NCBI GenBank assembly: GCA_039590195.1
Contig: JBDHFY010000001.1
Span: forward strand, 1 to 61,092
Source of the DNA: Gemmatimonadota bacterium
GTDB taxonomy: Bacteria > Gemmatimonadota > Gemmatimonadetes > Gemmatimonadales > GWC2-71-9
DNA: 61,092 bases
Direction of reading: 5' to 3'
Shown: positions 8,840 to 18,285 of the stretch, piece by piece
Position numbering within the stretch: position 1 is the stretch's first letter
Layout: every line of letters begins with the position of its first letter
Program-made: the position numbers and the translations under genes
The notes under the pieces: generated by a model
What the model was told of the DNA's origin: nothing
The model's input: only the letters and a program-made list of their open reading frames with translations
The model's database searches: none

Positions 8840-10498
8840 TTGCGGAAGAACAAAGTGGATCTTCGGGATAAAACGATATTGATTCTGGGCACCGGTCTGG
8901 TGGGACGGGCCGTTGCTTGCCAGTTATTGGCGCTCAGGCCCTCCAAGATCGTGCTAGTTGCGCTTTCGGAGAAGGAGGTACGTGAGGCTGCAGAGTACCT
9001 CGACCCCGAGCGTGGAGACACGGTGGTGGAGACGGCTTGGGGCAACGTGTTCATGCCAGCAGCCATCGCCCGGCGTTCTCGGGAGGAGGTCCTCGCCGAT
9101 CAGGAATTACGCGGGTTGGTGATCGACGATCTCTTCGGGGATCTGAGTGATGAGGTGCTCGAACGCAACTTCCTTTTTCAGCTGCTCCAGCGATCTCGCC
9201 CAGAAGCCGTCGTAGATTGCATCAACACCGCGACGGCCTTTGCATATCAGGACGTTTTTCACAGCGCCCGCGACCTGCTCGAGGCGGTGCGGGGTGGAGA
9301 CGTTCCCCGAGAGCTGGTCGAGCGGCACACGCTGACCTTGACCATGCCTCAGCTCACTCGGCACGTGCAGATCGTCGTCGAGGGTCTACGGCGTGCCGGC
9401 ACCGAGGCCTACGTCAAGATCGGAACGAGCGGCACCGGAGGTATGGGATTCAACATTCCCTATACCCACTCCGAGGAGCGCCCTTCCCGGATGCTCCTCA
9501 CCAAATCCGCTGTCGCCGGCGCGCATTCGTTGCTCCTCTTCTTAATATCCCGCACTCCTGGGGCTCCGTCGGCGATTGAGATCAAACCGACTGCGGCCAT
9601 TGCGTGGCGCAGCATCGCCTACGGTCCCATATGGCGGGGCGGAAAGGCGATCGGTCGGTGCGACTGCTCGGAGCCGGTATCGGTGGATGAAGCGTTTGCA
9701 CCCGGGTCGGCGGTTTGGCAGGACCTCGGACGACCTCTGGAATCGGTGTTCATTGACGTGGGTGAGAACGGTGTCTTCGCGAAAGAGGAGTTCCAGACCG
9801 TCACGTCGCTCGGGCAGATGGAGTTCATTACTCCCGAGGAGGTCGCGGAGTATGTGGTGATGGAGTTGTCGGGTCGCCCGACGGGCCGGGACGTGGTTGC
9901 CGCACTGGACGCCGCGACCGCCGGGCCGACATACCGTGCTGGCATTCTGCGGGGACCGGCGCTCGAGCGGCTCGAGCGATTGGAGCAGGAGCACGGGGTG
10001 CGCTCGGTGGCGTTCGAGATGCTGGGCCCACCCCGGCTCAGCAAGATGCTCTACGAGACGGACATCCTGTCACGCCTGCGAAGTAGCGTGAGAGACTTGG
10101 CGGAGAGCGATCCCACGGAACTCTCCAGCGAGGCCGTAGCACTGGTCGCGTGCGACCAAGAGGTTCGCTCGGTCATCATCTCGGTTGGGCTTCCCATTCT
10201 GGTTCCCGGTGGAAAGGTTTATAGAGGCGAAAACGTGATCGTGACTCCGGGCGGCGGAGTCGACCTCGACAGGATCGCCGCCCGTGGCTGGGTTGACTTG
10301 CGGCCGTCCACCTGTGAAGCCTGGATCGATCGGGCTCGTCGGATGGTGGTACAGGCCGATCAGCGGCGGGCGGTCGACGCCGGTTCCGGGAGTGACGTGG
10401 CCTGGAGCGCGATTGAACCCGAGGATGCCATCGCGCCGGCCCGGTTCATCCAATGGGTATTTCGCTTTGAGGACGGTGGTGAGCGAATCAAGCGTTAA
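8840..10498 (+). CDS. Uncharacterised Rossmann-fold (SDR-like) protein, 552 aa
   Basis: N-terminal ILILGTGLVG dinucleotide-binding motif, DCINTAT, YVKIGTSGTGGMG; fills the gap between rluB and moxR; start codon uncertain. Confidence 0.7.
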   Translation: MRKNKVDLRDKTILILGTGLVGRAVACQLLALRPSKIVLVALSEKEVREAAEYLDPERGDTVVETAWGNVFMPAAIARRSREEVLADQELRGLVIDDLFGDLSDEVLERNFLFQLLQRSRPEAVVDCINTATAFAYQDVFHSARDLLEAVRGGDVPRELVERHTLTLTMPQLTRHVQIVVEGLRRAGTEAYVKIGTSGTGGMGFNIPYTHSEERPSRMLLTKSAVAGAHSLLLFLISRTPGAPSAIEIKPTAAIAWRSIAYGPIWRGGKAIGRCDCSEPVSVDEAFAPGSAVWQDLGRPLESVFIDVGENGVFAKEEFQTVTSLGQMEFITPEEVAEYVVMELSGRPTGRDVVAALDAATAGPTYRAGILRGPALERLERLEQEHGVRSVAFEMLGPPRLSKMLYETDILSRLRSSVRDLAESDPTELSSEAVALVACDQEVRSVIISVGLPILVPGGKVYRGENVIVTPGGGVDLDRIAARGWVDLRPSTCEAWIDRARRMVVQADQRRAVDAGSGSDVAWSAIEPEDAIAPARFIQWVFRFEDGGERIKR

Positions 10499-10613
10499 CT
10501 GACGCCGCGGGTGCGTCCTAAGGTATGCGGTTCATGTGCCGACCCAGCGTCCGGCGGGTTCGTTGGGAACAGACTCAGCACAGCCGCCCGAACGGCGGCG
10601 ATGGAGGTAACGA

Positions 10614-11588
10614 GTGACATCGGGAGCCCTCAAGTCGAGCGATTCTTCGGTTACCGCCGCCGTCGTTCAAGAGGTTGCCAAGCGGGTTGTTGGTCAGGAG
10701 CCCATGGTCGAGCGACTGCTGATCGGCCTGCTGACGGGAGGCCATATCCTCCTCGAGGGCGTGCCCGGATTGGCGAAAACCCTTGCCGTCAGTACGCTGG
10801 CCGAGACGATCCACACACTCTTTCAACGCATCCAGTTCACTCCGGACCTCCTGCCCGCTGATATCATCGGGACCATGGTCTTCGATCAGAAGACCGGCGA
10901 GTTCCATCCCAAGCGCGGTCCGCTGTTCGCGAACATCATCCTTGCTGATGAGATCAACCGCGCTCCCCCGAAGGTGCAATCCGCGTTGCTCGAAGCCATG
11001 CAGGAAAAGCAGGTGACGATCGGCGGGGAGACCTACCGGTTGGAAGAGCCGTTCCTGGTGCTCGCGACTCAGAACCCCATCGAGCAGGAGGGAACCTACG
11101 CGCTCCCGGAGGCACAGCTCGACCGATTCATGTTGAAGGTCCATGTCGGCTACCCATCGCGTGAAGAAGAGAAGGAAATCTTGTGGCGCATGGCCGGCGG
11201 TCGCCCGATCTCGGTATCCGCCGTCGGAGACCCCGCTGACATCCTTGCTCTACGACAGTCCATCGGTGAGCTGTACATGGATCAAAAGATCGTGGACTAC
11301 ATCGTTGATGTGGTTCGAGCGACGCGAGAACCGCACCTCGTTGGATTGCACGACCTGAAACCCCTCATTGCCTTTGGTGCCAGCCCGCGGGCCTCGATCT
11401 ATCTCGCACAGGCGGCCCGCGCCCATGCGTTCCTGCGGGGGCGCGCATACGTCATTCCGGAAGACGTCAAGGCGATGGCCCCCGATGTCCTGCGTCATCG
11501 AGTACTCCTCACTTTCGAGGCCGAGGCAGAGGACATGAACTCCGACGGCGTCATCGTAAAACTCCTGGAGGCAGTGCACGTTCCGTGA
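10614..11588 (+). CDS. moxR: MoxR family AAA+ ATPase
   Basis: LEGVPGLAKT, RIQFTPDLLPAD, LADEINRAPPKVQSALLEAM, ATQNPIEQEGTY. Confidence 0.95.
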   Translation: MTSGALKSSDSSVTAAVVQEVAKRVVGQEPMVERLLIGLLTGGHILLEGVPGLAKTLAVSTLAETIHTLFQRIQFTPDLLPADIIGTMVFDQKTGEFHPKRGPLFANIILADEINRAPPKVQSALLEAMQEKQVTIGGETYRLEEPFLVLATQNPIEQEGTYALPEAQLDRFMLKVHVGYPSREEEKEILWRMAGGRPISVSAVGDPADILALRQSIGELYMDQKIVDYIVDVVRATREPHLVGLHDLKPLIAFGASPRASIYLAQAARAHAFLRGRAYVIPEDVKAMAPDVLRHRVLLTFEAEAEDMNSDGVIVKLLEAVHVP

Positions 11589-12490
11589 GTGGGACCTTGA
11601 GTGGTGCCTTCCCTGTCGGGGCGGATGTACTGCGGCAGGTCAAACAGATCGAGCTGCGCACCCGCTACCTGGTCTCGTCTCTCTTCACCGGAGAATACCG
11701 TTCTGTCTTTCGCGGACAAGGCATGGAGTTCGCCGAGGTCCAGGAGTATCACTACGGCGACGACTTCCGTGTAATCGACTGGAACGTCACGGCTCGGATG
11801 GGACACCCGTATGTCAAGACGTTCGAGGAAGAACGGGAAGTGTCGCTGCTGCTGGTGGTGGATCGTTCCGGGTCAGTGGAGTTCGGCGATCCCGTCAGCA
11901 AGGCTGCCCGTGCGGTAGAGGTGGCTGCCGTACTCGCGCTGGCGGCGGCGCGGCACAACGATCGGGTGGGGGCGTTGCTTTTCTCGGAGGGCATCGAGCA
12001 CGTCGTACCTCCTGGAAAAGGGCGGCGGCATGCGTTGAGGGTGATCAGAGATCTGCTGGGATTCAAACCTCAGGGTCAAGGCACAAACCTGGGCCTGGCA
12101 CTGACGTATGTAGCCAAACTCGTGCGACACCACTCCATCATCGTGGTCCTGTCGGATTTCCGCGCGGCGGATTGGGAGGAGCAGCTCCGCCAACTCACCC
12201 TCAAGCATGAGGTGGTTGCCATTACGGTGGATGATCCCCGGGAACGCGATCTCCCCGACGTGGGGTGGCTCGAGCTCGAAGATGCCGAGTCCGGCGCGCG
12301 GATCCTCGCCGACACGTCGGGGAAAGATTCCCGTCTCCAGTTGCAGATTGCAGCCGAGGACGCACGCCTCGCACGGACACGTGCACTTTCGCGAGCCCGC
12401 GTCGATCACATCGGGCTTCGGACGGACCGTCCTTACGCCCACACGCTTCTGGCCGCGTTCGCCAAGCGGGCCCGTAGGCTGCGACGGTGA
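11585..12490 (+). CDS. DUF58 family protein (MoxR-associated, VWA-like)
   Basis: FRGQGMEFAEVQEY..GDDFRVIDWNVTAR, VDRSGS, VLSDF. Confidence 0.92.
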   Translation: MSGTLSGAFPVGADVLRQVKQIELRTRYLVSSLFTGEYRSVFRGQGMEFAEVQEYHYGDDFRVIDWNVTARMGHPYVKTFEEEREVSLLLVVDRSGSVEFGDPVSKAARAVEVAAVLALAAARHNDRVGALLFSEGIEHVVPPGKGRRHALRVIRDLLGFKPQGQGTNLGLALTYVAKLVRHHSIIVVLSDFRAADWEEQLRQLTLKHEVVAITVDDPRERDLPDVGWLELEDAESGARILADTSGKDSRLQLQIAAEDARLARTRALSRARVDHIGLRTDRPYAHTLLAAFAKRARRLRR

Positions 12491-13353
12491 GTTGGCTGAC
12501 AGGTGCGCTCGCACTTTTCCAGGCCTCGTCCGGCTGGGTGGTGTCGCCGGCCACGCCGGCGGTGGGAGACACAATTCGCCTCACACGGGAGTTTGTGGTC
12601 GCCAACGCGCAAGCCCGAGTCCAACTGCAACCGCTGCAGGAGTCTCCGTTTCTCCAACCGCTTCGAGATCCCGAGGTTGTGGACGATCCAGAGGGTTTCT
12701 CCCTCAGATATGCGGTGGCGCTGTTCCGCGCCGGAGAGCAAACGATCGAGATTCCCGAGATCGAGCTGGTCTTGCCGGACGGTAGCACCGAGGCCGTTGC
12801 GGGAGGGATCGTGGTGGTACGGGTCGCGTCCGTTTTGCCGGTGGGGGATTCGCTGCCGCCGCCGTACCCGGCACAAGACCCCGTGGCTCGGACCGCAATG
12901 CATGTTGAGCCGGCGGTGCTGCTCGGTGCGGCCGTGCTGATGATCATGGCCGTGTGGGGATACTACAGGCGCCGACCCTCGCCGCGGCCCGTTTGGGGCA
13001 AGGCAGGTGGCACGGGGGCGCCGGTGGAAGATGAGCAGAATCCGGTACTCCGATGGGTCGTCGCCGGAGAACCCCGGGCGGTGGCTGCATTGACCATGCA
13101 TCGACTCCGAGACCGCTTTGCCGAATTGGTCCCTAAGGCGACGCGATCTTTGAGCACGGAAGAGTGTCTCCGCGTTGTCGCGAAGAAACAACCTGATTGG
13201 CCCATTCGCGCGATCACAGACGTCGTGCAATCCCTCGAACGGGCCAGTTTTGCACCGGCGGTGCCTAGCGATGTGATGGCGCTTTCGGACGAGGCCGATG
13301 AGCTCCTGCGTTCGTTGGAAAATGGCGAGCCCGAGAACGAGGAGACCGCGTGA
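12487..13353 (+). CDS. Single-pass membrane protein of the Bat cluster
   Basis: Ig-like N-terminal part, one TM segment followed by RRR, position between DUF58 and batA, overlapping start/stop codons. Confidence 0.7.
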   Translation: MSWLTGALALFQASSGWVVSPATPAVGDTIRLTREFVVANAQARVQLQPLQESPFLQPLRDPEVVDDPEGFSLRYAVALFRAGEQTIEIPEIELVLPDGSTEAVAGGIVVVRVASVLPVGDSLPPPYPAQDPVARTAMHVEPAVLLGAAVLMIMAVWGYYRRRPSPRPVWGKAGGTGAPVEDEQNPVLRWVVAGEPRAVAALTMHRLRDRFAELVPKATRSLSTEECLRVVAKKQPDWPIRAITDVVQSLERASFAPAVPSDVMALSDEADELLRSLENGEPENEETA

Positions 13354-14330
13354 TTTTTGCTCGCCCGCTCCTGCTATTGCTGTTGCTGGCGCTGCCCCTG
13401 TGGTGGTGGAGGCGGCGACGGGGGTATCGACCGGCGGCTACTTACAGTGATTTGCGACAGGTCTCGCGAGCAGCCCCGAGACGCCGGTGGATCGGCGAGG
13501 TGCCCGCGACGATGAGAAGCATTGCCCTCATGGGCTGGATCGTTGCCGCCGCGGGCCCGCTTCGTTCCGTCGCGCCCAACGAGATCATGAGGGAAGGGAT
13601 CGCCATCGTCCTGGCCGTCGATGTCTCCAGCAGCATGTTGGCCGAGGACTTTGCGCCATCAAACCGGCTCGATGTCGCCAAAGAGCAATCCATTGCGTTC
13701 ATCAGAGCTCGGCGCTTCGATCGGATTGGATTCGTGGCATTCGCTGGCGAGGCCCTGACGAAAGTGCCGTTGACCGTGGATTATCCGGTGCTAGAGCAGG
13801 CGGTGCTCGATCTTCAAGTGGGCGAATTGGATGACGGAACGGCGATCGGCACTTCGATTGCCACCGCGGCGAACCGTCTGCGGCGTGCCCCTGGCGAGAG
13901 CAAGGTGATCGTTCTGCTGACCGACGGGGAGAACAATCGGGGTCGGATTGACCCGAGAACGGCGGCCGAGGCGGCAAAGCAAGTTGGTATCCGGATCTAC
14001 ACGATCGGCGTTGGGACAGAGGGGGAGGCCCGGACGCCGATTGGGCGGGGAATCGGGGGCCAGCTGCGGTATCAGACACTTCCAGTCCGCATCGACGAAC
14101 AATTGCTTCAGGATGTCGCCGGCATGACAGGCGGGCGGTACTTCCGCGCAACGGATGCCGAGGCACTGAGCCGCATCTTCCAGCAAATCGATCAGCTGGA
14201 GAAGACGCCGGTCGAGATCACGCGCTTCACGCAGTTTGATGAAGCCTATCAAATACCACTGCTCATCGGGCTCGCTGCGCTTGCGCTGGAGTTGGTGATC
14301 GGTGCTACCCTCGTCGTGCGTGTCCCGTGA
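13350..14330 (+). CDS. batA: VWA-domain protein, BatA type
   Basis: N-terminal TM, MIDAS DVSSSM, GTAIG, LLTDGENN, C-terminal TM. Confidence 0.88.
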   Translation: MIFARPLLLLLLLALPLWWWRRRRGYRPAATYSDLRQVSRAAPRRRWIGEVPATMRSIALMGWIVAAAGPLRSVAPNEIMREGIAIVLAVDVSSSMLAEDFAPSNRLDVAKEQSIAFIRARRFDRIGFVAFAGEALTKVPLTVDYPVLEQAVLDLQVGELDDGTAIGTSIATAANRLRRAPGESKVIVLLTDGENNRGRIDPRTAAEAAKQVGIRIYTIGVGTEGEARTPIGRGIGGQLRYQTLPVRIDEQLLQDVAGMTGGRYFRATDAEALSRIFQQIDQLEKTPVEITRFTQFDEAYQIPLLIGLAALALELVIGATLVVRVP

Positions 14331-15952
14331 TTGCCTTTGACCTTCCCGTGATCTTGTATGTGGCGCCCGTGATCGCGGGTCTCGGTATGTTGTTGGCCCT
14401 GTGGGCGCGGCAGACCCGGGTGCGCCATGCAACGCGGTGGTCAGTGCCGTTGGGATCTGTGGCGGCGAGGACGGGCCGGTGGGGGCCGCTTGTCCTCGGA
14501 GCCTCGGTGCTCGCGGCGGCCACGGCGCTCGCAGGCCCCCGCTTTGGTCGGCGAGTGGTGACCACGGAATCCCGCGCGCTGAATCTCGTCATCGCCGTTG
14601 ACATCTCGCGCTCGATGCTTGCTGAGGACGTAGAGCCTTCACGACTTGGACGCGCGCAGCGAGAGGCCCAGCGGTTGATTCAAGATCTGCGGGGCGACCG
14701 CATCGGGTTGATCGCGTTCGCCGGCCGAAGTTTCATCCTGTCGCCTCTGACCGTGGACGCCGGTGCGCTTCAGCTTCTCGTGGACGGACTCGATCCCGAC
14801 ATGACGAGCGCCGGCGGCACCGAGCTCGCCCTCGCCCTCAATCAGGGACGCGACCTGCTCCTTGCCGGGAGTGGTGTGGCGGATCGGGTGCTCGTGGTGT
14901 TCGGTGATGGTGAAGCGCACGATTCGGTGCCGGGCATTCAAAGAGCGGCGGAACGAGTGCGGCGAGACGGGATACACTTGATCCTTGTTGCGGAGGGCAG
15001 GCCGGAACCGGCAAGGATTCCGGTGCGCGATCCCGATGGTGTGCTGATTGGATTCCAACGAGATCCCGACGACCAGGTTGTCGAGACCGCTCGGCGCGAT
15101 GACATCCTCGAGTCCGCAGCGGATGCCAGCCGTGGCGTGGTGGTCTCGGCGTTGCTGAGCGACCAGGCAGGCGCGGTGCGGGATCTGGTAAGCGGGTACA
15201 AGCGATCCCCGGAGACCACGAGCACCGCCGCCCAAGACGTCTCCCGAGCCTGGATCCCGCTATTGGGTGCCGTGGCGATCTTGCTCTTCCATACGTTCAC
15301 TCGCCGGACAGCCGCGTTGGCGGTGATCGCGCTGTTGCTGGCCGTGCCGAGGCCGGCTTCGGCACAAGGTTTGGCCAACCCGGGCGATGAGGCGTGGCGC
15401 GCGGGCGACTTTCGCCGCGCGGCCCAGCTATACCTGCGGCAGGCACAGGCCGGTGACGGTGGAGATACCGTGTTACTCAACTTGGGAACGGCGGCCCTGG
15501 CGTTCGGAGACACCATTGTGATCCGGCAGGCCCTCACCCGTGCCGCACAGTCCATCGATCCCGAAATCAGATTCCGCGCCCTGTACAATCTCGGATTGCA
15601 CCATCTTCGGCTGGCTGAGGCCGACTCAGCGAATCGCGAAGCTCATCTCGCCGCAGCCCAAACGCAGTATCGGGAGGCTTTACTGCTCAAACCCGGACAC
15701 GCCGAGACCAAGTGGAACTATGAACTCACGCTGCGGCCGACCCCACCGCAGGACGTAGGAGGGCAGCAACAGCAACCTCAAGGTGGAAGTGGTTCGGGAG
15801 ATGATCAGGAGCCACCGCCGGCGGGTGAACTCAGCCTCGCACAAGCCCTGCAGATACTGGACTCGATGCTCGAGGAAGAACGGCGTACCAGGGCGCAGAT
15901 GAACCGCCGGCAAAAGCGCGCCAGGGACCGCAGAGGGAGGCGCGACTGGTGA
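14327..15952 (+). CDS. batB: VWA-domain protein BatB fused to a BatC-like TPR region
   Basis: DISRSM MIDAS, GDGE, then TMs and TPR-like ALYNLG...AETKWNYEL with a Gln-rich tail ending RDW. Confidence 0.8.
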   Translation: MIAFDLPVILYVAPVIAGLGMLLALWARQTRVRHATRWSVPLGSVAARTGRWGPLVLGASVLAAATALAGPRFGRRVVTTESRALNLVIAVDISRSMLAEDVEPSRLGRAQREAQRLIQDLRGDRIGLIAFAGRSFILSPLTVDAGALQLLVDGLDPDMTSAGGTELALALNQGRDLLLAGSGVADRVLVVFGDGEAHDSVPGIQRAAERVRRDGIHLILVAEGRPEPARIPVRDPDGVLIGFQRDPDDQVVETARRDDILESAADASRGVVVSALLSDQAGAVRDLVSGYKRSPETTSTAAQDVSRAWIPLLGAVAILLFHTFTRRTAALAVIALLLAVPRPASAQGLANPGDEAWRAGDFRRAAQLYLRQAQAGDGGDTVLLNLGTAALAFGDTIVIRQALTRAAQSIDPEIRFRALYNLGLHHLRLAEADSANREAHLAAAQTQYREALLLKPGHAETKWNYELTLRPTPPQDVGGQQQQPQGGSGSGDDQEPPPAGELSLAQALQILDSMLEEERRTRAQMNRRQKRARDRRGRRDW

Positions 15953-18285
15953 CACTCTTCCTCGCAATGATGCTGACCCTGCAACAGCCAGAGGTGGTCG
16001 CCACTGTCGATCGGAGTGAAGTGGAGCTGGGTGATGACGTCGTGTTGATCGTCAGGACAGATGCCCCCGGCAGCGCACCGACGGAAATCGAAGAGCCCGA
16101 GTTGATCGGGTTTGAGGTCCGAGATGTGAATCTCGCCTCGACCTTCAGTGCGACTGGGGGAGCCGGAACGAGGATTGTCACCTGGGAGTACCGGCTGCGG
16201 GCTACCTCCCGCGGGCAGGGGCGCATCGGCCCGATTCGTGTCAGAGTGGGGGAGGTGGAGGTGGAGGCGCCGATGATCACAGTGGATGTGAGAGCCGCAG
16301 ATGCCCGCGCGGGGGCGGCATTCACACCTCGCGTTAGGCAGATCGTTGCTCGCGCGCCAGGACCGGATGGGTCTGATGAAGTCATTGTTGCGGTTGTGCC
16401 CTCGGCGGACACGATTGTCCTCGGGGCACAGCTCGACCTGGTCGTCGTGGCTTGGTTTCCGCGGGATGTGCGGGCGAGATTGCGAACCAGACCTACGCTT
16501 ACACCGCCGGAGCTCCAGGGGGCTTGGACGTACTCTCAGTCGTCCGCTTTAGATGCAGTGTCGAGCCGCGAAGTGTGGGGCCGTCTCTATGACCTCTTTG
16601 TGCACCGCCAAGTGGTCTTTCCTCTTACCGCGGGCCCATTGGAGGTGGGGCCGGCGACCGTCTCGTTTAGCCTTCCCCTCCGCACGTCGATACTCAGTCG
16701 CGAGATACCCCAGGAGGTTCAGAGCGAAAGCCGGTGGGTCGAGGTCGTGCCTCAACCCGAGGCAGGTCGCCCGGAAGGCTTCACCGGAGTTGCCGCCAGC
16801 GGGTTGAGTTTCGAGGTGTTGGTGGACAGCCAAGCGTTGGCGCTGGGGGGAGGCGTCACGATCAGGTCCACGGTGCAGGGTCATGGCAATATCGCACTCT
16901 GGCCGGAACCCCAGTTCCGGTGGCCGCGGGGCGTTCGGGTGTATCCAGGCGGAACTGATCTCCAGCTCGCTCCGGAAAACGATCTGATCGCGGGCACCAA
17001 GACGTTTACGTACTTGGTTGTTCCCGACTCGGCGGGCACCTTTGCAATCAGAAACCCAGTGTTTCCCTACTTCGATCTGGACACGCGGCGTTACCGGGAG
17101 GCGCGAGCGGGTTCGGTCGAGTTCGTCGCCAGGGCAGGTCGCCCATCGGTGGCGTTGCGGGTACCTCCTCCGCTCTTGATGGACGCGGGTGGTGAGCCGG
17201 TGCTCCGAGGCTTGATGTCTCGTATTCCGCTATGGGGCTGGTTGCTGCTCGTGGCATCGCCCGCAGGATTGGCCCTGATCGGTCGCCTGGTGAGCCGCTC
17301 ATCCGTGCGGCGAACTGAGCGAGCGGCCCCGACTCCCGCCAGCACGCTCGAGAGACTCGACCGACAATTTCGAGGTGCCCTCGAACGCCTGGTGCCCGAC
17401 GCGACTGTGCGCGAGGGGCATGCGCTGGCTGAGGCCTTGCGGGCGGCCGGTGTAGAAACGCCGGTGGCGGCGCATGCATCTCGGCTACGAGACCGGCTCG
17501 GCCAGGCGGTGTACGGCCCCGATGGGGCCAGCGATCCCGAGGAGCTGGGCGCCGAAGTACAGGAAGTGTTGAATGCGCTGCCCGGTGCGCGAGTCCTCGA
17601 CCGGCCGGTGCGCGGTGTTGCTGCTGCCGTCGCCGTCGTCTTGGTGCTGGGCGCGGCTAGCGCGTCGGCGCAGGAGCCAACCGCCGAGCAACTCTTTGAC
17701 GCTAGGCTATTCGGTGCGGCTGCGGACAGCTTCGCGTTGCGCGGCGCTGTGCAGCCGGGTGAGGCGGCGCATTGGTTCAATCTGGGGAGTGCCCTCTTTG
17801 CCCTCGGTGAGGAAGACCGGGCCCGCCTTGCTTGGGTGCGCGCCGCGCGAATTTTACCCCGGCGGAGCGAAATCCGAGATGCCCTGAGCCTGATCGGACC
17901 ACCGGACGCCAACTCGAGCGGCCTGTTGTGGATCGCGCCGGTCACTGCGTGGGAGGCCGGCGCGGTGGCCGTCGTTGCGTGGGTGATAGCGTGGCTGCTC
18001 ATGGCTCTGGGCGCGCGCTACACTCGTGTGGTCTTGCTGCTGACCCTGAGCACGGCGACCGTCGCCTATGCCGCGTACGTGAGCCGGCGATACCGGACGC
18101 CGGTTGCGGTGGCAATCGCACCTGAAACACCACTGCGCTCGGCTCCGTACGGTGGCGCGACCGCCGCAGTGTTCCTGGACGAAGGTATGGCTGTGCGCGT
18201 CAACGACACAGCAGGGGTTTGGTTGTTGGTCACTCGCGGAATGTCGCAGGGTTGGGTGCTTGGGGAGGAGGTCGAGAGACTGTAG
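15949..18285 (+). CDS. batD: BatD family protein fused to a BatE-like TPR/SH3 region
   Basis: Repeated Ig-like BatD segments, PYFDLDTRRY, HWFNLGSA TPR, C-terminal SH3b-like W...GWV. Confidence 0.78.
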   Translation: MTLFLAMMLTLQQPEVVATVDRSEVELGDDVVLIVRTDAPGSAPTEIEEPELIGFEVRDVNLASTFSATGGAGTRIVTWEYRLRATSRGQGRIGPIRVRVGEVEVEAPMITVDVRAADARAGAAFTPRVRQIVARAPGPDGSDEVIVAVVPSADTIVLGAQLDLVVVAWFPRDVRARLRTRPTLTPPELQGAWTYSQSSALDAVSSREVWGRLYDLFVHRQVVFPLTAGPLEVGPATVSFSLPLRTSILSREIPQEVQSESRWVEVVPQPEAGRPEGFTGVAASGLSFEVLVDSQALALGGGVTIRSTVQGHGNIALWPEPQFRWPRGVRVYPGGTDLQLAPENDLIAGTKTFTYLVVPDSAGTFAIRNPVFPYFDLDTRRYREARAGSVEFVARAGRPSVALRVPPPLLMDAGGEPVLRGLMSRIPLWGWLLLVASPAGLALIGRLVSRSSVRRTERAAPTPASTLERLDRQFRGALERLVPDATVREGHALAEALRAAGVETPVAAHASRLRDRLGQAVYGPDGASDPEELGAEVQEVLNALPGARVLDRPVRGVAAAVAVVLVLGAASASAQEPTAEQLFDARLFGAAADSFALRGAVQPGEAAHWFNLGSALFALGEEDRARLAWVRAARILPRRSEIRDALSLIGPPDANSSGLLWIAPVTAWEAGAVAVVAWVIAWLLMALGARYTRVVLLLTLSTATVAYAAYVSRRYRTPVAVAIAPETPLRSAPYGGATAAVFLDEGMAVRVNDTAGVWLLVTRGMSQGWVLGEEVERL

